From Octopus vulgaris (lineage: Eukaryota): a stretch of DNA of 64,000 nt. Location: contig OX597817.1 in the NCBI GenBank assembly GCA_951406725.2, positions 71,114,001 to 71,178,000 on the forward strand, read 5' to 3'. Under the pieces are notes generated by a model. It was not told where the DNA came from. It searched no databases and saw only the letters and a list, made by a program, of their open reading frames with translations. A program made the position numbers and the translations under genes. Positions 27,400 through 41,587 of the stretch are shown piece after piece. Position 1 is the stretch's first letter, and the number at the start of each line of letters is the position of its first letter.

Positions 27400-29295
27400 T
27401 TTAAAGTAACAAAAAAATTTTCGTCGTTTATTTTATAATGGTCTTCGTCGCACCGGTGTTCTTCTCTGCCTGGTGGATTTCTGCTGTTTCAGTGCCGATC
27501 AATTTCGCATAGCACTCAGTAATCGAATTAACCGAATGTATGTTTCGTGTTGGCAATGGCGCCGAGTAATCATGTAACCGAATCTGATTCTGGCGCTTTT
27601 ACCATTGACCCTTGTCTGTTTGAGTCAAGTACATCACCGAACAAGGAATATGCCACCGTTTGATTTAGTTATGTTTCAGTAATTTCTGACAAATAATGAT
27701 TGTTCAATGTATAATCCCATTGGAACCGTTTGTCTATTTGTCTTCCACTTGCCTATGGTTGACGCCAATAACAATGACATCTTTGCTCGAAGTTGTTAGT
27801 CGTACATCACATCTGCCAGCGACTTTCTACCCTGGATGACTGCAGAACGGCACAAAAAAAAACTAGCTAAAAAAAAAAACAAAGAAAGGAATGATTGTCC
27901 TGCCTCCGTAGACTGACTTTTATGGTAGGTTTATCAAATTTCTTGTTTGATTGTTTGAACAAAGTGATCTGCTTTATCGTTTGATAGCGGATTAAAAACA
28001 AGTTAAGTACTTATTTGATTTTAGCTTGTTTGAATTCAAATGTCGTAAACAAAATTCCATTGGTGGTCATCCATGTCTTGGTAGGTCTTTCACTGTTAAA
28101 AATTCTACTGTCATATTCCATTTTAGTTGTTGATGTTCTCTAAGTCATATATAGACATTTCGAGAACGAATCAATGACAACAATGCCCACACTTTATCGC
28201 GAAGTCGGTATAAACTCGTTGCCATAATCCAGATGTTTTTGCAAGCCTTTTTTATTATTTATCAGGTACATAAACAACTGATGACTTGCTGAACATGTTG
28301 TTTTTTTTTAAAAAAACATCATATTGATATGGATTGCATTTTCGGTCAATAACAGCATTTATGGCTAATTTATTTCGATCGCTCTATGCCACAGTGACCT
28401 TCATGCAATTAAGTTCGAATTTTATTGTGTAATATTTCCGAAATAATTACTATGGAAAAGGTGGACAGCAGCAACAACAACAAGAACAACAACAATAACA
28501 ATAAATTTCCGTAATAATTAATTGCATCACTTTTTATACAATATTCTCTTAGATGTTCGTTCTCAATATTTAGTTTTTCCGGCCAACCATTATCGACGAA
28601 TTGTTTAATTCAAATAATATCGATATTAGGCTTCATGGATGATTCAATTTCTTTAGTAGTAACCGGCATTTTATCAGAACTTTCATCAATAATTTGAAGC
28701 ATTTCGAATCCAAGCAGAATGTGATTTTTATGACTTTCTCAAAATCGTAATCGGGTTAGATGGGAAATTTTGAAAATGTATCAGTAGTTTCGTGTTGCTT
28801 CGAAGTGAGATACCGTACTGCATATTTATATTACGCCAATAACATTGCCCAACGTTCCAGTTGTTGAAGCGCAAGTATTGTTAACCGGAGAGAATATTTG
28901 TATTAGTGGTTTTAAAATGCTGTTCTTTTAGAGATTGATCATATTTATGAAGACCGAATATAATAGGTAATCCCTCTTTATTTCTAAAATTCCCCATTCA
29001 TTTGCATTAATTATTTTAGATGCATGAGAGCCAATGGACGTTCAAATCCATTTTCACATTGTATCAGAACCATTCTCATAACGACTGGCAATGATTCTTA
29101 CTTCCAAAGTTAATGGCGTAATCTCTGTGGCTTCAGATATTGGTAATTTCAATTAACCAGAATATTGTTGATAGCCATCTGATAATTTAAATGGTTCATT
29201 CTTGCTTTGTTAGATTGTACGCAGGTGTTATAAAGTTTGTAACACTCTTAATGTACTTTCGTAACAAATAATTTTCGCAGAGTTTGGAATTTTTA
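27400..29295 (-). pseudogene. Decayed Ty3/Gypsy pol (RT end, RNase H, integrase)
   Basis: Minus-strand pieces: MVLIQCENGFERP, KEGLPIIFGLHKYDQ, KPLIQIF, LERWAMLLA, LHEGHCGIERSK, WQRVYTDFA, IVVIDSFSK, NGILFTTFEF, PLSNDKADHFVQTIKQ, in RH-then-INT order. Confidence 0.8.
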
Positions 29296-29526
29296 ACCTT
29301 TTATCAATGAGTGGATTTGGTAGGTGGAAACTGAAAGAAACTCATCATACTCTTTTATTCTTTTACTTGTTTCAATCATTTGACTGTAGCCATGCTGGAC
29401 CACCACCTCGAAGAGTTTTAGTCGAACAAATGGACCCCAAGACTTATCTTTTTTAAGCCTAATACTTATTCTATCGGTCTTTTTGCCGAACCGCTAATTT
29501 ACGGAGGCATAAACACACCAATATTG

Positions 29527-29604
<78 letters not shown>

Positions 29605-29610
<6 letters not shown>

Positions 29611-29893
29611 ATAAATATTAGGGAATAAATCCAAATTTACAGGGAAAAAAATCAGATTTAGGATTAAATCCAATTTTATAGTAAAATATTATAAAATATT
29701 ATTAGAGACAAAACCACTATTTTGCAAAACAAACAAGGAATTTGAAACTGACTTATTGGAAGTCCACCTGAAGATTGTCGATCAAGACAAGAAACAATTG
29801 TAGTGGCGGTTTTTTTGACTATTTATTAAAATTTTATGTATTGATTAAGTCTTTCCTTGTTTGTTTTGCAAAATAGTGGTTTTGTCTCTAATA

Positions 29894-29900
<7 letters not shown>
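29605..29900 (+). mobile_element. Short PLE-derived cassette family B with inverted termini and hammerhead
   Basis: 29701-29740 is inverted at about 29851-29892; hammerhead in the middle; (TA)n on both sides; paralog at 40775-41029. Confidence 0.7.
29764..29806 (+). ncRNA. Minimal type-I hammerhead ribozyme (intact)
   Basis: CCAC-CTGAAGA-TTGTC-GATCAA-GACAA-GAAA-CAATTG-TA-GTGG: stems I and II pair perfectly, palindromic stem III ACAATTGT, GUA cleavage triplet. Confidence 0.9.
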
Positions 29901-29980
<80 letters not shown>

Positions 29981-30173
29981 TACATAAACAAAGTCAAATG
30001 CGATACAATAAAATTAATTATAATCGCCGGTGTTCTCGCACACGCCATATATTATTCATATATAAGTACACTAAAAGGCGAAGTGTGTGCTAGATACACA
30101 AAAGCTGGATAAATTTAATGAGATGAAAATTAAAAACTTTTACAAACTTAGTTCTTCTTATACTGCAGTTTCG

Positions 30174-30268
<95 letters not shown>

Positions 30269-30704
30269 CGTTTTGGGATTTGGTTTGCAAGATTCTTTAT
30301 GTGAGTTCGTATGTTGAAACAAGTAAACCCTAAAATTCACTCCATAATTGCGTACGGGCATATGGCGTAGTGATTAAGAACGCGGGCTACTAAACCCAGT
30401 ACGTATTTCTTAAAAATCTGGTTGCCATTCTATTGGTAACTTTAGCCGAACCGAGTGTCAATTACAAGGCTCACAGGCGTGGCTGTGTGGTAAGACGCCT
30501 GCTTCCCAACCAAATGGCTATTGAAAAGGTTGCAAGACGCAACGAAAATCTTAGGAAAATAAAAATAAGAAATAAGTGGAAATTTTACCGGTGGGTGTGT
30601 CAAATTATAAGGTACAAAAAGAAAATGACTCTCCTCAGGCACAACAGAATATGCTTCAACATACGAACTCACATAAAGAATCTTGCAAACCAAATCCCAA
30701 AACG

Positions 30705-30774
<70 letters not shown>

Positions 30775-31212
30775 CATACACCAATATTGGTGTGTTTATG
30801 TCTCCGTAAATTAGCGGTTCGGCAAAAAGACCGATAGAATAAGTATTAGGCTTAAAAAAGATAAGTCTTGGGGTACATTTGTTCGACTAAAATTCTCCGA
30901 GGTGCTGGTCCAGCATGGCTACAGTCAAATGATTGAAACAAGTAAAAGAATAAAAGAGTATGATGAGTTTCTTTCAGTTTCCACCTACCAAATCCACTCA
31001 TAAGGCTTTAGCTGACCCAGAGGTGTAGTTGAAAACACTTGAATAGGGTAACACGTAGTGGGATTGAACTGAAAATCATGTAGTTGGAAGCAAGCTTCTT
31101 ACCATACAGCCATATATATGTAAAATGCATTAATAAACATGTACGTATGGTTCATTCATTATTTACACTATTTACAATTGATGGATATTTGTCCTCATCT
31201 TGCTTGTTGTTT

Positions 31213-31256
31213 ACACAACGTTTCGGCTGATATACCCTCCAGCCTTCATCAGGTAT
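31213..31256 (-). ncRNA. Minimal type-I hammerhead ribozyme (intact core)
   Basis: Minus strand ATAC-CTGATGA-A-GGCTG-GAGGGTATAT-CAGCC-GAAA-CG-TT-GTGT; palindromic ACGT stem III. Confidence 0.85.
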
Positions 31257-31572
31257 CTTGGGGAAATTTTGCCACCTCAGAATAAGAGTAGACGAACATC
31301 GCAAAGCTGTGACACGAGGAGATATTGATAAATCGGGTATAGATGATCATGTATGGAAAAATGGAGACCACCTCCCTCTGTGGGATACAGTTAAAATAAT
31401 AGAGAACACCACTAGAAAATACGAAAACTAAAAGAAGTAGCACACATGCTAAAACACAAAACCCCCTAAGCAGACCGAGTGCAGATATGAATAGCATATA
31501 GGAACCGGTATTAAGGATGAATAGGAAAATATTAGATTTATAAACCCTAAAATTCACTCCATAATTGCGTAC

Positions 31573-31647
31573 GGGCATATGGCGTAGTGATTAAGAACGC
31601 GGGCTATTAACCCCAATATTCCGAGTTTGATTCCAGGCAGTGACCTG
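31573..31647 (+). promoter_or_regulatory. tRNA-like Pol III A/B-box cassette inside the PLE 3' region
   Basis: GGGCATA-TGGCGTAGTGA (A box)...GAGTTTGATTCC (B box)...GACCTG, followed by (AAT)n. Confidence 0.65.
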
Positions 31648-32244
31648 AATAATAATAATAATAATACTAACATCGAAAATTACTTTAGGAATGAGAACCC
31701 AGGTTCGAAATTTCCCCAAGACACCTCATGAAAGGTGGAGTTAACAACAGACAAGATGAGGACAAATATCCGTGAAATGTAAATAATATACATAATTCCT
31801 CATCTCTTAAATATAGAATTGCATGTACGTATGGTTGTATTCTTTTATTTTTACTAGCTTCAGCCATTGGACTTGAACTATACTTAGGTATCACCTTAGA
31901 GGGGTTCTTTTTTTTGTTCATCAAATCGACTCCAGGTCACTTTTAATTGCCTAAACCGGTAACTTACTGGGTTGTAAACAAACTTACATCGGTTGTCAAC
32001 AAGCGGTGACAGGTAAATACAAACTCAAATGCACACATACATGTACATATGCTTTTATACTTTTTCTAGTTCCGACCATCGGTCTGCTGTCAGGCTGTGG
32101 CATCGTCTTCAAGAAATTAACCGATCCATTCTATAGACTTACTTTTGTCTGGTACTTAAATTCATCTATCTAATGGGCGTTCTTGCATGACTGACATGGC
32201 AGTCAACGACACAAGTCATGAAATATCTAAGCTGTAAATCTTGA

Positions 32245-32590
32245 GCATGAAAGCGTATGGCTCAGTGGTTAGAGCGTCGGGCTCACAATCATGAGATAGT
32301 GAGTTCGATTCCCGGACTGGGCTGTGTGTTGTGTTCTTGAGAAGACACTTTTATTTCATGTTACTTCTGTTCGCTCGGCTGCAGAAACGAGTTGCGATGT
32401 CACTAGTTCCTAGCTATATCGACCTTTACTTTCCCTTGGATAATATCGGTGATGTGGAGAGGGGTGACTGCTATGCATGGGCGACTGCTGGTCTTCCATA
32501 AGCAACCTTGTCCAGACTTGTGTCACGGAGGGTAACTTTCTAGGTACAATCTCATGGTCATTCATGACCGAAGGAGATCTTTACCCTTTT
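32245..32590 (+). mobile_element. tRNA-derived SINE family 3
   Basis: TGGCTCAGTGG A box, GAGTTCGATTCC B box, core GTGTTCTTGAG-AAGACACTTT, tail CTTTACCCTTT. Confidence 0.8.
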
Positions 32591-33120
32591 TTTTACCCTA
32601 ATTACAAGAATTATATTGATTAATTATTCACTGTCAGCTTTGACTAGCCAAGTATTAATCGGAAACTTTTTTACTTGGAATAAATGTTTAAGTTTTTTTT
32701 TTAAAGAGGATTCAGAAAATGTGGCGTACGTGACATCGCACAAAATAACTGTTTTCACCGGAAAATATTGACTACTAATTCCTCTGAATTACTCCAAAGC
32801 AGCACGAAAAAACCTCACTGTGTTCTTTTACAGTGACCTTGAAATGTCAAAAATGTTAATGAGTTGACTGAATTTTGGTCACAATTCTCATTTTCCTGGT
32901 ATGACGTATCTGACGAAAATGGATCAGATATTTTCAAGATATATTTTCTCTATCTTCCAGCGTCGATATTTGGTAGAAAATAAACACTTTCAATATACTT
33001 TTACATTTAATTAGTAATTTTCCTGGGCATTCTAAAACTTTTTGTAAATCCTGTTTTGGTTTAACTTTCTTGACAATAGCCTTCAATAAGTTTTGTTTTC
33101 TACGGCTATCAATGTGCTTG

Positions 33121-33167
<47 letters not shown>

Positions 33168-33171
<4 letters not shown>

Positions 33172-33346
33172 TGGCGATTTTTTTTCCTCCGTCTTCCCTT
33201 CTTTGGATCTTTCCTTTTCCTATGTTTCTGACGAAGATCTCCGCTCAAAACGTTAAACCCTCCTTCTTTCCTGAGCGTCCAATAATACTATACTTGTTCC
33301 ACATCGTCGCGTTGTGTTTTCTCTTTGTGTTTTCATGTTTGGATTA

Positions 33347-33352
<6 letters not shown>
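33168..33352 (+). mobile_element. Short cassette family C with inactivated hammerhead (33224-33258)
   Basis: GTTT-CTGACGA-A-GATC-TCC-GCTC-AAAA-CGT-T-AAAC (G12 mutated); (TA)n on both sides; inverse paralog at 55832-56017. Confidence 0.75.
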
Positions 33353-33401
<49 letters not shown>

Positions 33402-34099
33402 TACACACATATACATATACATACATACATGCATACATACATACATGCATACATACATACATACATACATACATACATACATACATACATACATACATAC
33501 ATACGTGTGTATGTGTGAATGAGAGTAGTACACCTGTGTGCATTTGGGAGTAGTGTGCAAGTGATTGTATTTACATTCGGAAAAGAAGATGGATAGCTTA
33601 CCTTATAAAATATTTGTATAGAGTAAGGTGGGGTGATTGGTATAAACATTCAATACATTATTAACTCAGTCAATAAGCGACATCAACATTTTTGGAACAC
33701 ATTTGTATGCTTGTGTATATTAGCGAATATGTATGTGTTTATAAGGACAAACAAGTACACATACGTTTATAAGTACAAACTTGTTAGTACGCCCGCACGC
33801 ACGCAAGCACGCACACACACCTACTCACACACACTTACTCATATACGCTCACTCGCATACAAACACAGACATACATATATATATGAAGAGAGAGTGAGAG
33901 GGAGAGAGAGTGTGTATGGGGAGAGAGAAAAAGAGAGAGAAAAGAAAGTGTGAGGGAACATAGCATAATACAGAATACCTAAACATGTTTACTCTCGATA
34001 AATGTATAGTTATGCAATATAAAATTGTGAAAAAAATTGAGATGATGCGAAAACATCACATTGTTCTCTTTAAGTAACAAACATAACTGTGGATCTTCT

Positions 34100-35700
34100 A
34101 ACAGATTGTTTCAAGGTAATTGAGCCCTGTCAGAAAAGATGTACATAATTCCTCGCCTGCCTTGAAAAATCTGAATTAAAATAGCAGGAGCTTATCACGC
34201 TGTAACATTAACACTAGTCCTTTCCGTATAACGTCTGTGGTCAGGTAGTAAATTTATAATATAAATTTGTATAGAGTGCTCCGTATTTCGGAACAACTCT
34301 AATAAGTGTAATGTAAATAACTATATAGTTATTTACTTGAAGTCTTTAGCTGTAGAGATTGAGAAGTTATGTAGTGGAATTGCCGGAATGTTGCAGTAAC
34401 GATGTATTCTTTCTATTGGATTGTGTTATTTTAGAAATGATGTTATCTAGGTAAGAACAGTCAACATTGTTATTATGTGCGTTGAAAAGTTTGTGGTAAT
34501 GTATGAAGTTGGAAAGTGGTGCCTACAAGTGATGGAAAGTTCTTTACAATATTTGTATTAGCGTCTAAAGTGTGGAGGGCTTCAATTAGGTTACTTTATG
34601 TCTACTGGTTCTATTTGTTTATAAAACTAAGCTCTAAGGCTCCATTATAGTAGAGAACTGTATTGTTAAAAACTATATGAATTGCTCTTATCTGTCTTAT
34701 AATCTAATGTGATGCTTGAGAAATTAGCTATTGGTGGATTTGCAAACATAATTCTTTACGCCTATTACTTGAAATATACCTTTTAGTTTTCTTGTTGAAT
34801 CTAATCGTCATTACTATATAAACTTGAGCTGTGAAAGACGGTTCAGCTCCTGCCCGTGTTGAAGATGAAAATTTCTTCGAGATGAACCACTTCTTATGGA
34901 GATGTCAAGCAACGGATCTCCCTCCTTTTTGACTTAGCAGGAACTGTTACAACTTGATAATGACTTCTTGGCATTCATTACTGTTCTAGTATTTGGCTCA
35001 ATGATCGTAGCGAATCTCTTTCCCAGTCACAAGCATACGCTAAAACTCCTTCCAAAAGAGAATTGGGCATAGTTACTAATATCTCCGATACCATCAATCT
35101 GAAAATTAGAAGCGCTACAAAATTAATACAATAGAACTGTAACTATTCCGTAATCGGTATTGAAAATGAAAGCCAACTGCAGATTCAACCAAATTGATAT
35201 AAACTTTGTTTATTATCTAGCCATATCGAAATCTTTTTTCTGAAAGCTCTGAACTGCGGGATTGATAACTTGCAATATTATAGAGACTCCAGTCGTATAT
35301 GAAACTGTCGGTTCTGTCTCTGTAAGAAACGGCGAATTCCAAAATAGCTGTTTTCAGCTGAAGGCTGTCCCCAGTTATAAAAGTCAGGAGGGATCAACGA
35401 GTATGTTGATAAAGATAATTTCAATTTTAAATTGCAAAAGATAATTTCAATGGGGCTGCTACCCTTCGACTCATTAGTAACTTGTACTCTGGTCTCTCCT
35501 TCCAGTGATTCACAATAATAGCCTGCAACAATTATTCTTCACGTGATAGCCAATGTTATCAGCGGTTAATAAGGAGAAACCTTCCAAGCCAGCTATGCTG
35601 ATGCTTAACTTACTGCAGACACTTTAATGATTAAACATGCGGTCTCATGTCTATGACACTCTGAGGAATTGTCGTAAAGTCAGTAACTATTCATTTGACA
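34100..35700 (-). pseudogene. Possible very decayed LTR-retrotransposon gag/pro/RT remnant
   Basis: Only weak motifs (SYLDNII near 34435-34460). Lies upstream of the Gypsy RH-INT on the same strand. Confidence 0.3.
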
Positions 35701-36010
35701 AAATAAACTCTTCATAGTATTCAGTGCTCTATTCTTCGGTATAGAAGCACGCGCACACAAACACATATGCACGAAAACACACCATAATATAAAGAATGAA
35801 AGAAACATATCGTAGAAAATATATTAAATGGCATTGAATAGAGCAGATGTTTTCTGATTTCTCTGCGATCTCTTGAGTAGTAAATATAATTTGATATGAG
35901 TTTAAGACAATATCCAATTATCACAGAGTGTGGAAAAACACATATACACACATACATAAATGCAGGTAAATAATGATGTAGAAAAAGATATAAAAATACA
36001 TATGCGTTTA

Positions 36011-36055
<45 letters not shown>

Positions 36056-36086
36056 ATATACATATGATGCATTAATATGTAATGAA

Positions 36087-36123
<37 letters not shown>

Positions 36124-36209
36124 GACACACAGGCGCGCGCGCACACAAGCACACATGTATAAAGAGAAAGAGAGAGAAAAGAAAGAAAAAGAGACAGACA
36201 GATAGATAG

Positions 36210-36276
<67 letters not shown>

Positions 36277-37937
36277 GTGGACGGACAGTCCCCAATATTG
36301 AAGGAATGTTATCTAAATATGTGAATTGGTCGTAATTAGGTTCTGTCCTTTATTCAAAAGACTTGCGAGAACAATTATGTTACTGGAAAACAAATTATGC
36401 AAACACATGTGCTTATACGCTTATAGTTGCACGTTTGTTCTGTGAGTGTGTTTACATTGCGAACGTATGAGTATGTGTATACGCCTACTTATTTGTGTTA
36501 TGCCTACTCGCATGTGCAAGTTTCTGTGTATAGACGTATGTTTCCTCTAGATTCTAAAGTACATTTAACATATGTCCGGACTGACCATTGTAATCTCGGA
36601 ATGAAATCAACCAACGTTGCTGCTGCCGTTGCTGCTGCTGCGACTGCTAATGCTGCTGCTGGTGCAGTTGGTGTGGCCGGTGATATCATTGTTGTTTAGA
36701 CCCAGTTCAGTTCTGAATGATCAGATAAACCTACGAACGAATGCCATTCTATTTACGACGGGAACCTCTTTTTCTTAATTTTTCAGACAGTGTAGCTATG
36801 AAAATTATATCTAATATGTCTTTCTTTAGCAGCTATTTCTAACTGGTTGGTTCTTTCGTTATTCCATGCTGTTGCTGTTTATCCTAGTTTAGCTCCAACT
36901 GTACTGACTAACTATGTAGAGGCGTTCCATTGGTGACCATACTGTTTTGTCTTCTCATATTTTAGATATAATGTATCTAGAACTGCATTATCCAAGTCTG
37001 TCTTTCATTGTTGCCGTTGTTATTTTTAGCCCCCTCGATGGAGCAGATCTTTCCATGGTTGCCCAGTCATTTATTCAGACATTTCATTATCCTCAACCAC
37101 ATTACTTAGTTTCGCCTTCATCTTTTTAAATCTAACGAATATGATTTGAATGATATTTCGTTAGTATTTTTTGTAGAAGACATTTTCCCAAGGATCTATA
37201 CCTTATTAGAAGATATATTGAGTCATGTGATTTCTCAGCAGACATTTCAATCACATGACAATTCCTGCGTCTTTGGGAACCGTTCTAGAAGTTTTTCGAT
37301 ATCCTAGACACAACACCCAAATCTCACAAATTACATCTACCGTCTTAAATAAAGGAGGATACACCAGGCAATATTTTTTTATTATATTCTTCATTAATAT
37401 GGTTTGCAGGTATGGGCTAAATTTCAAATCGTTGGGATTCGAATGAAATTATCTTCTAGCCACTCTCCGGGGTTTAATTTGTAATTGATCATCCTGTTTC
37501 GAGGTCATCTGAACACAATTTCATTTTGCTGTGTGTGTGCTGGTGGTGGTGGGTAATTTGAATTCGCTACACTGAGCGAGCTTTTGATTATGCGTCTAAC
37601 AAAATTTCAAAATACATCCAAAGCAATTTCTTTGAGTTGCTGTTACAGTTAATGCAGAAATATATTCAAATATTGACTAAATCCACAAAGGGAAGCAAAA
37701 AACAAACAAACGAAAACTTCCTTTAATTTTCACTCTTTAAATTTGACATTTCCGTTAAAACCAAGTCAACTATTTCTTATGATTATGTAACCCAACAGTT
37801 AGTGACATAGAGTAACTACGGGGGTGGAACACTTCTAACAGAGCTCTACTTCTTAATATTTACATTGATCAACTACATTGATCATGCGGCTGTATTGATC
37901 AGTTGAAAATAAACATTAATTAATAAAATATCTAATT

Positions 37938-38571
<634 letters not shown>

Positions 38572-38729
38572 AAGAAAGAGAGAGAGGGAGAGAGAAAATA
38601 ACTGGAATAAGCAGTACATGAATTGCACAATACCATCTTGATACGTTCCAAAAGGCTGCTTGACCAGAGATACCCAGGGGCTACACATAATAACAATGAC
38701 AAGTTTTATTTTTGTATTCTGTATTTAAA

Positions 38730-39180
38730 GGCGGCGAGCTGGCAGAAGCGTAGCACGCCGGGCGAAATGCTTAGCGGCATTTCGTCCGTCTTCAGGTTCT
38801 GAGTTGAAATTCCGCCGAGGTCGACTTTGCCTTTCATCATTTCGGAAGTCGATAAAATAAGTACCTGTTGAATACTGGGATCTATGTGATCGACCAACCC
38901 CCTCTCCTCAAATTTCAGGCCATGTGCCTATAATAGAAAGGGTTATTTTATTCTGTGTTTAAAGGCGGCGAGCAGACAGAATCGCTATCACGTCTAACGA
39001 AATGCTTAGAGGCATTTCATATGGCGTTACGCTCTGGGTTCAAATTCCGATGAGATCAAATTCACCTTTTATTCTTTTGGGTTCGATAAAAGAAGTACCA
39101 GCTGGGCCCTGGGATCGATGTAATTGGCTAGCTGCTCATCTCAAATCTCAGGTCTTGTGCCGATATTAGAAATAATTATT
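38730..39180 (+). mobile_element. SINE family 1 dimer
   Basis: Two units, each preceded by TTCTGT.TTTAAA and starting GGCGGCGAGC (about 38730 and 38964). Confidence 0.85.
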
Positions 39181-39420
39181 TTATTCTGTATTTAAAAAAC
39201 ATCGTGACGACCATCGTGAATCAAAATGAAAACGACTGTGGTGTTGATTCAGTGATCGAATTCCCATTTCCGATTAAAGTCAATTTCACTTCACTTTTCT
39301 AATGAATTTATTGAAATATTGCAGTTCCGTTAAATCTCTTCAAGAGATTTTTCCTCTCTCTCTCTCTCTATCCCTCTCTCTCTTCCTTCCTCTCTCTCTC
39401 TGTCTCTCTGTCTCTCTCTC

Positions 39421-39477
<57 letters not shown>

Positions 39478-39761
39478 TTCTGTCTTTCTCTCCCTCTCTA
39501 TCTCCCTCCCTCTCTCTCTCTCTTGTCAAAGACACTCTGCTACCAGGAAATATATTGAATTTCAGACTGAATTCCTCTAGTAAATGGCAGTGTAGAAATT
39601 CAAATAAAAGAACTAGATATATTAATACATGCACTCATATATAAATATACAAATAAATACACACATATATGTATGTATATATGTGTATATATATGTATGT
39701 GTATATATTTGTATATATATATATGTATATATATGTATGTACATATATGTATATACATATA

Positions 39762-39803
<42 letters not shown>

Positions 39804-40154
39804 TATATATGCATGGATGCATATTTAACATATGTAAATGTATGTATATGTAATATGATTATGCGAATATGTTTATACACACACACACACACACACGCAC
39901 GCTCATTTATGCAAATATAGTTTCAATGTTACTGGTGTTCATTTCTCTCGTTTTTAGCTTATTCTTTTTAGCAAATATATATATATATGGAGTAATTTCA
40001 AATTATTGTATAACTTCTTACTGATTCAGAATGTCACTAGTCTCCACTAGTATGGTTGACTTAAAAGTAGGATTCTGAGTAGACTGGCTCCATCAGTTAT
40101 GTAGTGTCTCCATTCATACAGATACATATTCAAATGCACACATGCACACACATT

Positions 40155-40310
40155 CTTTTATTCTTTTGCTATTTTACTTGTTTCAGTCATATGGTCATAT
40201 GGCCATGCTGGAGCACTGCCTTCAAGGGGTTTAGTCGAACAAACCAACCCCAGGACTTATTCTTTGTAAGCCTACTACTTATTCTCCCGGTATCTTTTCC
40301 GAACGGTTAA
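40155..40310 (-). mobile_element. 3' part of SINE family 2
   Basis: TTTTACTTGTTTCAGTCAT...GGCCATGCTGGAGCAC is the reverse complement of the 41490-41545 tail. Confidence 0.8.
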
Positions 40311-40480
40311 GGGAGACAGTCGGTTTATATACACAGCAAACCGAGTGTATAAAAGTGTTTAATACTTTATTCAATGTCAATGGCCTGCGAAGCGGATATC
40401 TCAGGTCACATAGCATCAAGGTCTGTTATATGTAAACCTACGAATTAGATATACAATCATAGCAAATTCAACTCTTTCTC

Positions 40481-40554
<74 letters not shown>

Positions 40555-40580
40555 CTGTCTCTGTTTATTTCATCGTGTTC

Positions 40581-40616
40581 CTTTCTGTTGAAGAGCGTAG
40601 GCTCGAAACGTAAAAG
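40581..40616 (+). ncRNA. Minimal hammerhead-like motif with CUGUUGA core variant
   Basis: CTTT-CTGTTGA-A-GAGC-GTAG-GCTC-GAAA-CG-TA-AAAG; stems I and II pair, ACGT palindrome; A6 replaced by U. Confidence 0.7.
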
Positions 40617-40717
40617 ACCGTCTCACTTTCTCGGGCGTCAAACTAATACACCTGCTTATTGTATACACCTGTCTTCGTCTTTTGTTTTTCTGTCAATTTC
40701 GACTATATATGTATATA

Positions 40718-41560
<843 letters not shown>

Positions 41561-41587
41561 TATATATATATATATATATATATATAC

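Larger units (their letters stand above)
31153..31821 (+). mobile_element. Truncated Penelope (Poseidon-type) insertion with inverted 5' pseudo-LTR and 15-bp TSD
   Basis: TSD CATGTACGTATGGTT (31138-52 and 31822-36). Endonuclease tail IRVDEHRKAVTRGDIDKSGIDDHVWKNGDHLPLWDTVKII...KIRKLKEVAHML at about 31281-31450. About 31165-31270 is inverted at about 31705-31790. Confidence 0.85.

Noticed and set aside
32250-32325. tRNA gene candidates (also 31573-31647, 41182-41255, 54560-54632)
   Set aside because: A/B boxes are present but acceptor stems do not close, and they run into SINE or PLE bodies: not functional tRNAs.
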